From assembly GCA_965230945.1 (NCBI GenBank), contig OZ246397.1, forward strand, positions 175,701 through 239,700: a stretch of DNA of 64,000 nt. The letters run 5' to 3'. The translations under genes were made by a program, and so were the position numbers. The DNA comes from an uncultured Gammaproteobacteria bacterium (GTDB lineage Bacteria; Patescibacteriota; Microgenomatia; PFEM01; JAPLYW01). Below the pieces are notes generated by a model. The model was given only the letters and a program-made list of their open reading frames with translations, searched no databases and had not been told where the DNA came from. Below are positions 9,743 to 19,985 of the stretch, piece by piece (the stretch's first letter is position 1; the number at the start of each line of letters is the position of its first letter).

Positions 9743-11423
9743 GTTTGTATTTTATCACAAATCCCATCATTCCCAACCAGGCCATTAGAGAAAGATAATT
9801 ACCCACTTTCCTGACAGGCGTATCTCTTAACTTGGCTTCAATTTGATAATAACCCTCCCTCAATCTGAGGGTAATTAAGCCTAACTCATTTTCGTGATTA
9901 ATCGCCACCGTCTGACCATTAGCTAAAACCTGCCAACCTGGAAAATAAAATAAAGGTAGCTGAAGCAGGCTCTCTGAAAAAACTTCAACTTCAAAACTTT
10001 GCCAGTTGGTGCCTTTTTGAAAATTTTTAATCTGTCCGCCTTCACCTCTGACAAAATAAGGCTGGTCTGAGGCTGGCCTGGCTGGCGGCATGGAAGTGTA
10101 AATCGGCAGATAATCAAAAATCGCGTCGGTTTGTAATTTAGACCAGCCTTTGGCGGAAAAAAGTTTTTCTTCATCAGTAATTTTTAAGATTTTTTCCGGA
10201 CGAAAAAAGGAAAAATTGGTAAAAACAACGGCTAAAATCAACAAAACGGTTAAAATTAAAGCTTTCTTCTGATTTTTAACCAAAAGCAGAAGACTTCCCG
10301 AAAGTATGGCCACAAAAAATGAAGACAAACCCACAAAGCGCCAAGGAAACTGCATATTGGCCAAAATTGGCAGGGCTTTCCATAAAAAAGTAGAACGTTG
10401 ATGAGCCAAAAAAGCTGTTCCTAGGAAAAAAACAAAGAAAAGAGAAAACAGCCAAAATTCTTTCTTTTTTTTCTTAAACCATAACCAGGCAAAAACCAGC
10501 AGGGCAATTATTCCTACTCCCCAATGGAGCCGGCCAATGAGAAAAGACATCCCGTCTTCCGACCCCCAAACTGAAGCACCGTAACCCCAAAAACGGCTGA
10601 AAAAAAGCTGTTTGACCGTGGCAAAATGAGCCAAATAATTAAAATAGCCAATAAACATTGTTTCAACATGGACAAATTGTTTTTCAAAAATAACCGGGAG
10701 AGTGAAAAAGGCAGATAAACCAACTCCCCAAAGGCCACCTGCTAATAATCTCCAAACCAGCCTTTTTGGTTTTTTTAGATACCAGACAAGAAAAACTCCC
10801 CAAATCGCCAAAGCTGGAGTTATAAAGAAGGCCATTAAATTGTGAGATAAAAGTAATAAAGCAAAGAAAAATGCTAAAATCGCAACAAAAACTTTTTTTT
10901 CTTCTTTAACAATTTTTAAGATTGCCCAAAAAACCGCCGGGAAGAAAACCAACCCCCAAAATTCATTTAAAGCTCCCCGCACATAAACATCCACGGCATG
11001 ATAAGGAGCGTAAAGATAAAAAGCCGCCACAACCAAACCTCCATATTTTCCCCATAATTCTTTACCTAACAAATAAGCAAAAATACCGGAGAAGATTAGT
11101 CCCAAAACGAATAAAATTTTTATTGAGTTAATATAACTGTTACCCAAAAGGTGAAAAATTTCCCCTATATAATAAGGCAAGGGTGGATAGTAATTAAAAA
11201 GCGGATAACCATAGCCATAGCCCATATCCGGCACCCAACGACAAGGAATTTGCCCATCACGAAAGCATAAATCCATTTGGTAAAGGCGTCCAATCTGTAA
11301 ATCATCATGCATGGGAAAATAGCCTGGGCCTAACAAACACCAAAAAGTAGGAAGGGCAATTAAAATAATTAAAATCACCCACCAGAAAGATTGTCCCTTG
11401 ATGTTTTTAAAGAATTTCTTCAC
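9717..11423 (-). CDS. PTPS-related/YfhO-like membrane protein (GT-C fold)
   Basis: HDD...RW..DMGYGYGYPLFNYYPP, APYH..DVYVRGAL.E, QFPWRF and YFPGW motifs. Confidence 0.8.
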   Translation of the reverse strand: MKKFFKNIKGQSFWWVILIILIALPTFWCLLGPGYFPMHDDLQIGRLYQMDLCFRDGQIPCRWVPDMGYGYGYPLFNYYPPLPYYIGEIFHLLGNSYINSIKILFVLGLIFSGIFAYLLGKELWGKYGGLVVAAFYLYAPYHAVDVYVRGALNEFWGLVFFPAVFWAILKIVKEEKKVFVAILAFFFALLLLSHNLMAFFITPALAIWGVFLVWYLKKPKRLVWRLLAGGLWGVGLSAFFTLPVIFEKQFVHVETMFIGYFNYLAHFATVKQLFFSRFWGYGASVWGSEDGMSFLIGRLHWGVGIIALLVFAWLWFKKKKKEFWLFSLFFVFFLGTAFLAHQRSTFLWKALPILANMQFPWRFVGLSSFFVAILSGSLLLLVKNQKKALILTVLLILAVVFTNFSFFRPEKILKITDEEKLFSAKGWSKLQTDAIFDYLPIYTSMPPARPASDQPYFVRGEGGQIKNFQKGTNWQSFEVEVFSESLLQLPLFYFPGWQVLANGQTVAINHENELGLITLRLREGYYQIEAKLRDTPVRKVGNYLSLMAWLGMMGFVIKYKHGRANKGT

Positions 11424-12970
11424 CTTGTTTTAGATTGCCAATAATCTTTATCTAATTCAAACAACAATAACTTATCCCGATGACCATCCGGCCAAAAAGC
11501 TTTAGGGTATTCTTTAATTAATTTCAAGCCATGGCTTTCCGGCAATAAGTTTAAACGGCTCTGATTGACCAAAAGATAAACCTCATTATCGACCAAAGAA
11601 TTAACTAAACTCGGGTGAACTTCCACGACCGGCCAACCCACACCAATGACTCTAATATTTGAGGTTCCCTCAAGATAAATTTGCAAACCATCAGGCAAAG
11701 TACCAAAAAATCCTTCGGTACCGACAAAAATTTGATTGACTTTGGTCCTCTCTTTCAAGAACGCAGCGCTTTCCTTAATTCCCTGACCGGCCGTCCACTC
11801 TTCCAAATGGCCATTGCGAAGATTTCTGGGCAAAGGTGCCTTTTCCGGGTTGGTCAAAAGATACCAATCATATGTAAAAGCAGGAACTAAAATGATTACC
11901 AACACTATGACCAACCAATATTTACGCTTGAGTTGAACCCAAAGCCATTCTAAGAAGAAAGCAGTAAAAAGTAAAAGCGGCCAAATGGTAAAAAGAATGT
12001 AGCGTGGGGTAAAAACTTTGGCAAAAACTGCTTGACTCAAAAGTGGCACTATCATCCAAATCAGTAAAAATATGCTGGCTTTCCATTTTTTTCTTAAAGC
12101 GACGATCATTCCCCCTAAACTTGCCAGAAAAATAGGCCAGGTCAAAAGATTGGGAAACCAACTAGCCAAATCACCAAGGTGAGGTTTTAAGGGATCAAGT
12201 GGATGAGATAAAATTTCTTTAACACTAAAAAGGTAATCTTTATTGCGAAGAGCAATCATCTGAAAACCGGGACCCAAACGCAGCAAAAAATTATAAATGC
12301 CAAAACCAAAAAGCCAAACGACCGCCCATAAAGATAAAATTTTGCCAAAATTATTTTTGGGTAAAAATAACAAAGCAACAGGGAAAAAAATAGCAAAAAA
12401 GACGGCCGGTGATTTAGTCAACATCGCTCCACCTAAAATCATTCCCGATATCATGGCCAAATCCCATCTTTGATATTTAATCAGCCATAAACTTAAACAA
12501 GCCAACCAAATGCCAAACATTGCCAGAAGCGAATCAACCAAAGCCAGTCGATCAAAGAAAACAAAAAAAGGCAAAATGGCGTACAAAAGAGCCGCTATCA
12601 AAGAAATTCTTTTTTCTTTAAACAGCAACCAGGCCAAAAAACCAAGACCAATCATAGAGCCCAAACCAGCTAGAACTGACAAGAATCGGCCGGCCAAAAG
12701 TGGATCGGAAAAAACTTTTAAAAAAGGAATGGTCAGCCACATAAAAAGAGGCTGTTTGCCATCAGAAAGGGGTAAAAACCTCAAAGTTGGTTCTGCTCTC
12801 ATTACTTGAGACCAGCGAAGATAAATGGCCTCGTCGGCAAAAACCGGGAGAATGGTCAGATGAAATAATCTCAAGAAAAAGAAGACGGCCAAAATACCGA
12901 GGCCTAAAAGAATAAGTAGCCAGATGTTAGTTTTAAATTTTAAATTTTTAATTTTTAATTTAATTATCAT
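11420..12970 (-). CDS. GT-C (ArnT/PMT-like) membrane glycosyltransferase
   Basis: FADEAIY acidic loop after TM1, DGKQPLF, DRLALVDS; many TMs. Confidence 0.8.
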   Translation of the reverse strand: MIIKLKIKNLKFKTNIWLLILLGLGILAVFFFLRLFHLTILPVFADEAIYLRWSQVMRAEPTLRFLPLSDGKQPLFMWLTIPFLKVFSDPLLAGRFLSVLAGLGSMIGLGFLAWLLFKEKRISLIAALLYAILPFFVFFDRLALVDSLLAMFGIWLACLSLWLIKYQRWDLAMISGMILGGAMLTKSPAVFFAIFFPVALLFLPKNNFGKILSLWAVVWLFGFGIYNFLLRLGPGFQMIALRNKDYLFSVKEILSHPLDPLKPHLGDLASWFPNLLTWPIFLASLGGMIVALRKKWKASIFLLIWMIVPLLSQAVFAKVFTPRYILFTIWPLLLFTAFFLEWLWVQLKRKYWLVIVLVIILVPAFTYDWYLLTNPEKAPLPRNLRNGHLEEWTAGQGIKESAAFLKERTKVNQIFVGTEGFFGTLPDGLQIYLEGTSNIRVIGVGWPVVEVHPSLVNSLVDNEVYLLVNQSRLNLLPESHGLKLIKEYPKAFWPDGHRDKLLLFELDKDYWQSKTR

Positions 12971-13709
12971 ATTTCCTCTTTAAATCATTAATTTTAACTC
13001 TTAAAATTTCTATCAGCATCTCCTTTGACTCTTTGAAATATTTCTTTTCTTTCCTCACATCTTTATCTTCCCAGTCAACAATGACTTCGGCTATTCGATA
13101 ACCCTTTTTTTGCGCGATAAAAAGCAATTCCACGTCAAAAGCCCCTACTTTCCAACCTTGAGTTTTTTTGGCTTCTTTGAAAATCAACAAGCGGGAAAAA
13201 AGGTCTTTGGCAACCCTGTTTTTAAAAGCCTTAAAACCGCATTGAGTATCAATAATGTTTTTTAAAAGAAGTTTTTGTCTTACTAAACGAAAGACGTTAG
13301 AACCAACTAATCTTAGAAGAGAGAAACCTTCTCTCTTTTCGCCGCGAGAACCGATAACAACCTCAAATCCTTTTTCAAAAAAGGGTAAAAGTTTAGCTAA
13401 TTCACGAATAGGAGCTGATTGATCCATATCGGTAAATAAAATTATTTCACCTTGGGCTTTTTGTACACCCGCCCTGATGGCAAAAGGTTTACCGGCATGT
13501 TTGTTTTGAAGAAGTTTAAAACGGGGATGAAGTTCGAGGTAGTTTCTGATAAATTCCAAACTTCCATCAGTTGATTCATCATCGGAAATAATTACTTCAC
13601 TTTGATATTTTTGCTTTTGCAAATAATTCTCCACCTCATCCAGAACGCCTCTTTTGAGATTTTTTTCTTCGTTGTAACAGGGAATAATTACTGATAAAAA
13701 GGGTCTCAT
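12960..13709 (-). CDS. GT2 polyprenol-phosphate glycosyltransferase (DPG synthase-like)
   Basis: SVIIPCYNEE, DDESTDGS, FTDMD, GSR, DTQCGFKAF, FDVELL. Confidence 0.9.
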   Translation of the reverse strand: MRPFLSVIIPCYNEEKNLKRGVLDEVENYLQKQKYQSEVIISDDESTDGSLEFIRNYLELHPRFKLLQNKHAGKPFAIRAGVQKAQGEIILFTDMDQSAPIRELAKLLPFFEKGFEVVIGSRGEKREGFSLLRLVGSNVFRLVRQKLLLKNIIDTQCGFKAFKNRVAKDLFSRLLIFKEAKKTQGWKVGAFDVELLFIAQKKGYRIAEVIVDWEDKDVRKEKKYFKESKEMLIEILRVKINDLKRKYDN

Positions 13710-15229
13710 TTGTTTTTCCTCAATCTTCTTTCCACCGTCACGCCACCGAATTTTTGACTTTTAACCGTTTCGGCAATTTCATCCTGCCTGGCCAGCCAAG
13801 CGTCTAAGAAAAAGGGGTGTTCTAAATCCACTTCATAAAGAGTATACAAGAGTGGCACATTTTCCACCACTGGTTGGTAATGGTAGACTCTTTCTCCCCG
13901 CCATTTAAATAAATATTCATAAGCATAAGGAATCACCGGCGGAACATAAACATCAACATTAAAGTTTTCTTCCTTGGCATCTTCATAAATCCAGTCAACT
14001 GACTGCAATTGATTGCCTAAAGTGATATGGGTTGGGCCGTCAACACCGGCAGATAAATAATTTTTCAAAAAGGGCAGATTAAAATAGGCAAACCAGAAAA
14101 TAATCAGGGCAAAAAGCGGCCAGTAAATTTTTTTCTTAAATAAAAAGGCCACAAAAAGGGCAAAAAGAAGGATAAAAGCTGGGAAAAAACCGGTGAGGTA
14201 ATAATCATAAAGCTGGCCATAATTACCGACAAAAAACAACAAAAAGAAAAGGGGGACAAAAAGAAAAATCAGCAAAATTAGAATCATTGAATTTTCTTCG
14301 CTTTTTCTTTTAATAGCCAGCGGCAGTTTAAAGATTAAAAAGATTAGCCATAGGGCAGATAAAAATTTAGAACCATATGACGGGTTAGTCTCTAATTTTG
14401 AAAAGAAGATATTAAAGTAGGCAAAAATTCTTTCTTTGATAAATTCTAAGGTTGGTAAAGCCCAAGTTTTGGCTATATCTGTATTAATCCCTCCCCTGCT
14501 GAAGCTGAAAAAATTTCTAGTCATTAAAAATTTATTCTTCACCTCAAATAAGGCTTGAGGTACCAAAAAGGCAAGGAAAATCCCTATCGCCCAGAAAAGA
14601 TTTTTTTTACTTTTTATTTTTGGCCGGAAAATCAGCCACATTAAAGCGATTGAGGGAATAAAGAAAATGGCACTCGCCATTTCCAATTGTAAAGAAACCG
14701 CCAAACATAAAGAAACCAAAATTAGATATTTATCTTTCTTTTGAAGAAAAAATCTCCCCAAACCATAAAGTAACAAAATGGTAAAAAAGGGTACCGGCGA
14801 AGGGTTAGAAAGCCAACGGGCCGAAAGAGTCAAATAATAAGAAAAGCCCCAGAAAAAAGCCGCTAGCAAACCAACCCTCCGGTTGTAAAATTCCTTTCCT
14901 AACCAATACATTAAAAAAACCGCCCCGACGTCAAAAAGGGCCACAAAACTCGCTGCCACCGTCGGATTACCTCGTCCGATAAAATAAAAAGGGGTCAAAA
15001 AATAAAACCAGAAAGGGCCTAAAAACAAACCGGCAATCCCTGTCGTTGGACCAATAGCCGGAAAATCCTTTAAAGCCAGAATTTCCTGGACTTTTAAAGC
15101 ATCGCGACCTTGATCATAATAAAAACCCAAAAGAGCATCAACCCGATAAAGACGAAAAAAGACAGAGGCCAGAATAATCACCAGCAGTAAAAAATAAACA
15201 ATTTTGTTTTCTTTAATTTCTTTTTTCAT
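13706..15229 (-). CDS. GT-C (ArnT-like) membrane glycosyltransferase
   Basis: FYYDQGRD...IGP...LGPFWFY, ARWLSNP; paralogue of 4899..6452 and 15226..16779. Confidence 0.8.
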   Translation of the reverse strand: MKKEIKENKIVYFLLLVIILASVFFRLYRVDALLGFYYDQGRDALKVQEILALKDFPAIGPTTGIAGLFLGPFWFYFLTPFYFIGRGNPTVAASFVALFDVGAVFLMYWLGKEFYNRRVGLLAAFFWGFSYYLTLSARWLSNPSPVPFFTILLLYGLGRFFLQKKDKYLILVSLCLAVSLQLEMASAIFFIPSIALMWLIFRPKIKSKKNLFWAIGIFLAFLVPQALFEVKNKFLMTRNFFSFSRGGINTDIAKTWALPTLEFIKERIFAYFNIFFSKLETNPSYGSKFLSALWLIFLIFKLPLAIKRKSEENSMILILLIFLFVPLFFLLFFVGNYGQLYDYYLTGFFPAFILLFALFVAFLFKKKIYWPLFALIIFWFAYFNLPFLKNYLSAGVDGPTHITLGNQLQSVDWIYEDAKEENFNVDVYVPPVIPYAYEYLFKWRGERVYHYQPVVENVPLLYTLYEVDLEHPFFLDAWLARQDEIAETVKSQKFGGVTVERRLRKNK

Positions 15230-16779
15230 TGGTTAGGATAATTATGAATCAATTTATAAACGTCTACTCCTTCAATTTGCCATTTTTCGGCAATCTTTGT
15301 CCAGCCGAACATGGCAATTTCGGCTTTAGGATGGTAAATCGGCTGGCAAGATGCTTGTTCACAGATGACAAAAAGCTGCTGGGTAATGGTTTCTTTGGCT
15401 TTTTCCGGTTCGATTCTTGTTGGCGGTTTACCCCACTTTTCCATAAAAAAAGCATAAGCCTCATCGTAATTCCTTTCCGCCACCAAAGCCAGATTAAAAG
15501 GTTTACTTCCAGTCTTATCCAGAATAAAACGGGCGATAACCTGGGTTCTTTGTAACTGTCGGGCCGGCGGATAACGCAAGGGTGATTCTTTGACCGCCAG
15601 AAAAACCAAAAAACCAATAATCAATAAAGTAAAAAGCTTCCTCCAAATTTTTCCCACCCAAATCATGCCCAAAAACCAGCCGACCAACAAAAAAGGAACT
15701 GGAAAAAAGAAACCGAAATAATGGTCATAAATAGGCTGTTTGTAGTTGCCCAAACCAAACAAACCAACCAAAAACCAAACCAGAATTAAGAATAAACCGG
15801 CGTTTCGGGTGATAAAACGATGCCAGTCAGTCAATAAATTCTCTCTGATGACTTTCAAGCCCACTATTAGACTCATTATCAAAGCTAGCCATCTTCCCCA
15901 GTAAACATCTTTCCCAGCCACCAGGCGGGTGAAAACTTCTTTGGTCAAAAGCCATAAATGAGGAATAGCTTTGTAAATTTTAAAGTTGACTGTTTCCTGA
16001 GAATCGGTAAAGAATTTTTTGAAAGCCTGGTAGTTAATAAAACCATGACGCAGATCAAACCAAACCAAAGGGGTCACGGTTAAAAAAAGAAAAATAATTA
16101 AAGCCCAAAAGCTGTGAAGCCCAAAACGTTTGGCTGGTTGTTTACTCCTTTTCAGTTCAAGGAAAGTCATCAGCCAAAAAAGACCAATGGTTGGCAGCAG
16201 CAACAAACCAAGCCAATGGGATTGTAAGGCAAAAGAAAGGGACACACCGAGAACCGGCAGCCACCAAAATTGTTTTTTTTGCCAAACTCGCCAAAGACCG
16301 TAGATCGAAAGAAGAGCAAAAAAGGGCATGACGTTAGGATTCCAAGAAGAACGAGAATAAATAATGACAACTGGTGAGATGGCATACAAAAAAGAGGCGA
16401 TGATTGCTCCTTTTTTGCCGACCCATTCCCGGCCGAAAAAATAAATCAGGGCAGTAGTTGTAATCCCCAAAAGCGCCACCAGCGCCGCCGGACCGACCGG
16501 CGAAAGACGGAAGACAGCCATAGCCGGCAACATTAAATAATAATAAAGGGGGCCTAAATACATATTGCCGACGGAAGTCACCGGTCCGATTAAGCGAAAC
16601 TTATAGTCAACAATCATCCGCTTGACCGCCAGGGCATCGCGCCCTTCATCGCCTAAAAAAGCCATGTACTCCGGTAAGCGCCAGAAACGCAAAAAAGCGG
16701 CCACAACAAGAATTAAAAGTAATATCAATAAATAATTGTTTTTCCTTAAAAATTTCATCCTTATCTTAATTTTCTCCAA
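15226..16779 (-). CDS. GT-C (ArnT-like) membrane glycosyltransferase
   Basis: FLGDEGRD...LIGP...LGPLYYY, SRSSWNPN. Confidence 0.8.
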   Translation of the reverse strand: MEKIKIRMKFLRKNNYLLILLLILVVAAFLRFWRLPEYMAFLGDEGRDALAVKRMIVDYKFRLIGPVTSVGNMYLGPLYYYLMLPAMAVFRLSPVGPAALVALLGITTTALIYFFGREWVGKKGAIIASFLYAISPVVIIYSRSSWNPNVMPFFALLSIYGLWRVWQKKQFWWLPVLGVSLSFALQSHWLGLLLLPTIGLFWLMTFLELKRSKQPAKRFGLHSFWALIIFLFLTVTPLVWFDLRHGFINYQAFKKFFTDSQETVNFKIYKAIPHLWLLTKEVFTRLVAGKDVYWGRWLALIMSLIVGLKVIRENLLTDWHRFITRNAGLFLILVWFLVGLFGLGNYKQPIYDHYFGFFFPVPFLLVGWFLGMIWVGKIWRKLFTLLIIGFLVFLAVKESPLRYPPARQLQRTQVIARFILDKTGSKPFNLALVAERNYDEAYAFFMEKWGKPPTRIEPEKAKETITQQLFVICEQASCQPIYHPKAEIAMFGWTKIAEKWQIEGVDVYKLIHNYPNQ

Positions 16780-17468
16780 AGCCGTAAAAGATCAATAAAA
16801 CTTTTAACAATGACTTTCAAATCAGCACCCGTTGAACTCCCAGCAATGTCGGGGTAATGATGAACCCCTACCTCAGCAATCTTAAAACCAGCCTTTTTGG
16901 CTTTGATTAAAAATTCACTGCTGATAAAAGCACCTCTTTCCGATTCCAGTTTAGGAATTTTATCAACAACTTCTTTTCTAAAAAGCCTAAAGCCGCAATC
17001 AATCCACTTCACCCTTAAGCCAAAAAACAAGGAAATGATAGTATGCCATAGAAAAGTATTAATTTTTCTGACAAAAGTGACGCCTCTTTTCAGGGTATAA
17101 CCCCAAACAATATCGGCGCCAGTTTCCTTCTGTTTCTTAAAAAACTTTCTCACCTCATTAAAGTCAAATTGGCCGTCGGCATCAATTAAAACCACCCAGG
17201 GAAAACGCGCCGCATACATGCCTGATTTCAAAGCCGCTCCATAACCACGATTAGGTTGATGGTGAATAACTTTGACTTTTTTATTCTGTGAAGCGAGTAA
17301 ATCGGCAATCTCTCCTGTTCTATCCTTGGACCCATCATTAACAATAATAATCTCGTAATTACCGGCGATTTTTCTTAAAATCTCATCAACATTTTTTGTG
17401 GTTTTGGCCAGCATTTTTTCTTCATTGTAAGCCGGCAAAAAAACAGAAAGTTCGTCAACGGCCTTCAT
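16761..17468 (-). CDS. GT2 polyprenol-phosphate glycosyltransferase
   Basis: SVFLPAYNEE, NDGSKDRT, NRGYGAA, DADGQ, IDCGFRLF; ATG at 17468 lies 8 nt from TGCTATACT. Confidence 0.88.
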   Translation of the reverse strand: MKAVDELSVFLPAYNEEKMLAKTTKNVDEILRKIAGNYEIIIVNDGSKDRTGEIADLLASQNKKVKVIHHQPNRGYGAALKSGMYAARFPWVVLIDADGQFDFNEVRKFFKKQKETGADIVWGYTLKRGVTFVRKINTFLWHTIISLFFGLRVKWIDCGFRLFRKEVVDKIPKLESERGAFISSEFLIKAKKAGFKIAEVGVHHYPDIAGSSTGADLKVIVKSFIDLLRLWRKLR

Positions 17469-17529
17469 GTACAAAAGTATAGCATAAAAAATTATTTTTT
17501 AGAATTGATTTATGCTATTATAGATATTA

Positions 17530-18687
17530 ATGAAAAAATCCGGACGAGATTGCCTTTTAATCGCTTTTGTCTCTCTGCTTTCTACTTTTTTCATTTGGCT
17601 TCCTTTTTTCCTAAGGTTATCCAGTTTTTGGAAAATGCCGCTGCCGGGTGAAGGAATGGCAACGATTATGAAAAACTTTGACGGGCTTTATTATGTAGTC
17701 ATCGCCAAGTCTTTTTATCACCCAGAGATAATTAACAACCTTTTTTCTTTCCCCTTACCAGCCATTTATTATACAGCTCATTTCCCTCTTTATCCGTTAT
17801 TAATTAAACTTTTTTCTCCAATTTTTGGCTATCTTTGGTCAATGCTTTCCATTACTCTCATTTCTTCTACTCTAGCCGCTGTTGTTTTTTATCTGTTTGT
17901 TAAAGAATTTAAATATTCCAAATCAGTCCTCTGGCTGACTTTTGTCTTTCTTCTTTTTCCCGCTCGCTGGTTGGTAGTCCGCTCAGTTGGCTCACCTGAA
18001 CCTTTGTTTATTCTGCTTATTTTAACTTCTTTTTTCTTTTTTAAGAAAAAAAATTATTGGCTGGCGGGGATTTTCGGAGCTTTAACCCAACTAACCAAAC
18101 CGCCGGGAATTTTACTCTTCCTGGGCTATACAGCCTTCCTTTTGGTGGAAAACTGGCCGGAATTAAGAAAAAGGGCAATGACTACTCTAGTTAATCTTTT
18201 CAAGAAAGCTTATCCTCTGCTTTTAATTCCTTTAGCCTTGCTTTGTCTCTTCACCTACTATCGTTTTGCCTACGGTGATTTTTGGGCTTACTTTCATTCC
18301 GGTATTAATGTTCATCCTATTTTTTGGCCACCTTTCCAGGTTTTCAATATCAGTGCCCGTTGGGTAGGAACTTTTTGGTTGGAAGAGATTATCTATGTTT
18401 TCCTTTTGGGAATTTTGGGAGTTGTTTATCTTTTCAAACAAAAACGCCTTGATTTAGGAATTTTTACAGCGGTTTTCTTTCTCAGTACCTTGTTTGTCGC
18501 CCATCGTGACATTTCACGCTATAGTCTGCCATTAGTACCCTTTTTGTTAATTGCTTTTGAGCCGTTTTTAATTAAGAAAGAATTTAAAATTGCTTTTGCC
18601 GTTATTCTTTTGCCGATTTTCCTTTATGCTATTAACTTTCTCGCCGGCAATACCTTGCCCTTAGCCGACTGGGCACCATTTTTATAA
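17530..18687 (+). CDS. GT-C mannosyltransferase-like (PIG-V-like) membrane protein
   Basis: FDGLYY, AHFPLYPLLI and SPEPLF motifs; many TMs; divergent from the upstream operon. Confidence 0.7.
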   Translation: MKKSGRDCLLIAFVSLLSTFFIWLPFFLRLSSFWKMPLPGEGMATIMKNFDGLYYVVIAKSFYHPEIINNLFSFPLPAIYYTAHFPLYPLLIKLFSPIFGYLWSMLSITLISSTLAAVVFYLFVKEFKYSKSVLWLTFVFLLFPARWLVVRSVGSPEPLFILLILTSFFFFKKKNYWLAGIFGALTQLTKPPGILLFLGYTAFLLVENWPELRKRAMTTLVNLFKKAYPLLLIPLALLCLFTYYRFAYGDFWAYFHSGINVHPIFWPPFQVFNISARWVGTFWLEEIIYVFLLGILGVVYLFKQKRLDLGIFTAVFFLSTLFVAHRDISRYSLPLVPFLLIAFEPFLIKKEFKIAFAVILLPIFLYAINFLAGNTLPLADWAPFL

Positions 18688-18694
18688 AAGAAAA

Positions 18695-19867
18695 TTAGCC
18701 AAGTTTTTCTTGAAGTTTCTTTAAGAAGGGAATTTTCCAGCTTTTCCAAATAAAGATATTATACATAGAATAGTTATAAGGGATAACGAAAAAGGCAATG
18801 GCAATTATCAAATAAAGCTGGCGGTATTGGTCACCAAAGAACTTTGCTAAAAGACCTACCACCACTCCTTGAATTAAAACCGCCCCTAGAGAAGTAAGAT
18901 TAAACTGGAAGAATTTCCAAATAATCTTTTTAAAACCAGTAATCTTTTCCTTACCAAAGGTCCAAACATTATTTAAAGTAAAATTAGAGATAATGGCCAA
19001 CTCCGCTCCTAAAGCAGCCGCTATACCAGGCATTAACCCTAATCTGTAAAAACCCTCTAACCCTAAAGCATTAATCAAATAACCAATAAAACCAACTGTA
19101 GCAAATTTTAAAAATTTAAGCGTTTTAGGATCAGTTAATCTAATGATAATAATGGCAATAAAAGTACCTATAACGGTACTAAAAGGCATTTTCGTCTCTC
19201 CCGCTTCTCTTAACCTAAACTGAAGAGGAATTTCTATTACTTTCACACCTTCTAGATTAACAATCTGATAAAGCATCTGTGTTTTGTAATAAAAACCTTC
19301 AGAAATCCTATTAAAGTCAACCTTATCCAAAACCCCTTTTATTCTGGTTAGCTTAAGACCAGTACTTACATCTTTAACTTTGTTAATATGAGGAAAAAAG
19401 AGCACAGCCCGAGAAAACAAACCGCCATATTTAGTCAAAAAATTACGATAGAAGCCCCAATCTTCAGGAATTGAACCACCTTTGACAAAACGAGAACCAA
19501 TAACATAATCATAACCTTCGTTAAACTTTTTAACCAAGTCAATAATATGTTTTGGATCATGTTGAAAATCGGCATCAAACTCAATCACGGCATCGGCTTT
19601 CATCTCTTTCATGGCATAATTCATGCCTCTTTGATAAGCGGCCCCTAAACCCTGCCTATTACCTAAAGAAAGAATGACATTAGAATATCTCTTCATCTTT
19701 TCTTTAACTATATCTGCCGTCCCATCAGGAGATTTATCATCAACAACTAAAACCTCCATTTGAGTATCCTTGATCTGAGGGAAAACTTCTTCTTCTAAAA
19801 CATCGATCATACGACCAATGTTTTCTTTTTCATTATAAGTGGGAATGATGACAACAACTTCTTTCAT
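18695..19867 (-). CDS. Polyprenol-monophosphomannose synthase (GT2) fused to a GtrA flippase domain
   Basis: IIPTYNE, DDKSPDGT, FDADFQH, GSRFVKGG; C-terminal FLKFATVG...NFTLNNVWTF GtrA domain. Confidence 0.88.
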   Translation of the reverse strand: MKEVVVIIPTYNEKENIGRMIDVLEEEVFPQIKDTQMEVLVVDDKSPDGTADIVKEKMKRYSNVILSLGNRQGLGAAYQRGMNYAMKEMKADAVIEFDADFQHDPKHIIDLVKKFNEGYDYVIGSRFVKGGSIPEDWGFYRNFLTKYGGLFSRAVLFFPHINKVKDVSTGLKLTRIKGVLDKVDFNRISEGFYYKTQMLYQIVNLEGVKVIEIPLQFRLREAGETKMPFSTVIGTFIAIIIIRLTDPKTLKFLKFATVGFIGYLINALGLEGFYRLGLMPGIAAALGAELAIISNFTLNNVWTFGKEKITGFKKIIWKFFQFNLTSLGAVLIQGVVVGLLAKFFGDQYRQLYLIIAIAFFVIPYNYSMYNIFIWKSWKIPFLKKLQEKLG

Positions 19868-19985
19868 TATCTTAATTATATGATAACATTTTCCAAAAAA
19901 TAATAGCCATTTATCTTAATACAAGTAGTCCAAGAATAAGACTAGCTTCAAACTAAAGCAATTAAATGATAGAATTACAGCTACT

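Noticed and set aside
30-17100. Many short alternative ORFs in the track (e.g. 30..320, 859..1065, 4779..5009, 12510..12809, 15229..15555)
   Set aside because: They overlap well-supported genes on the other strand or frame and carry no motifs.
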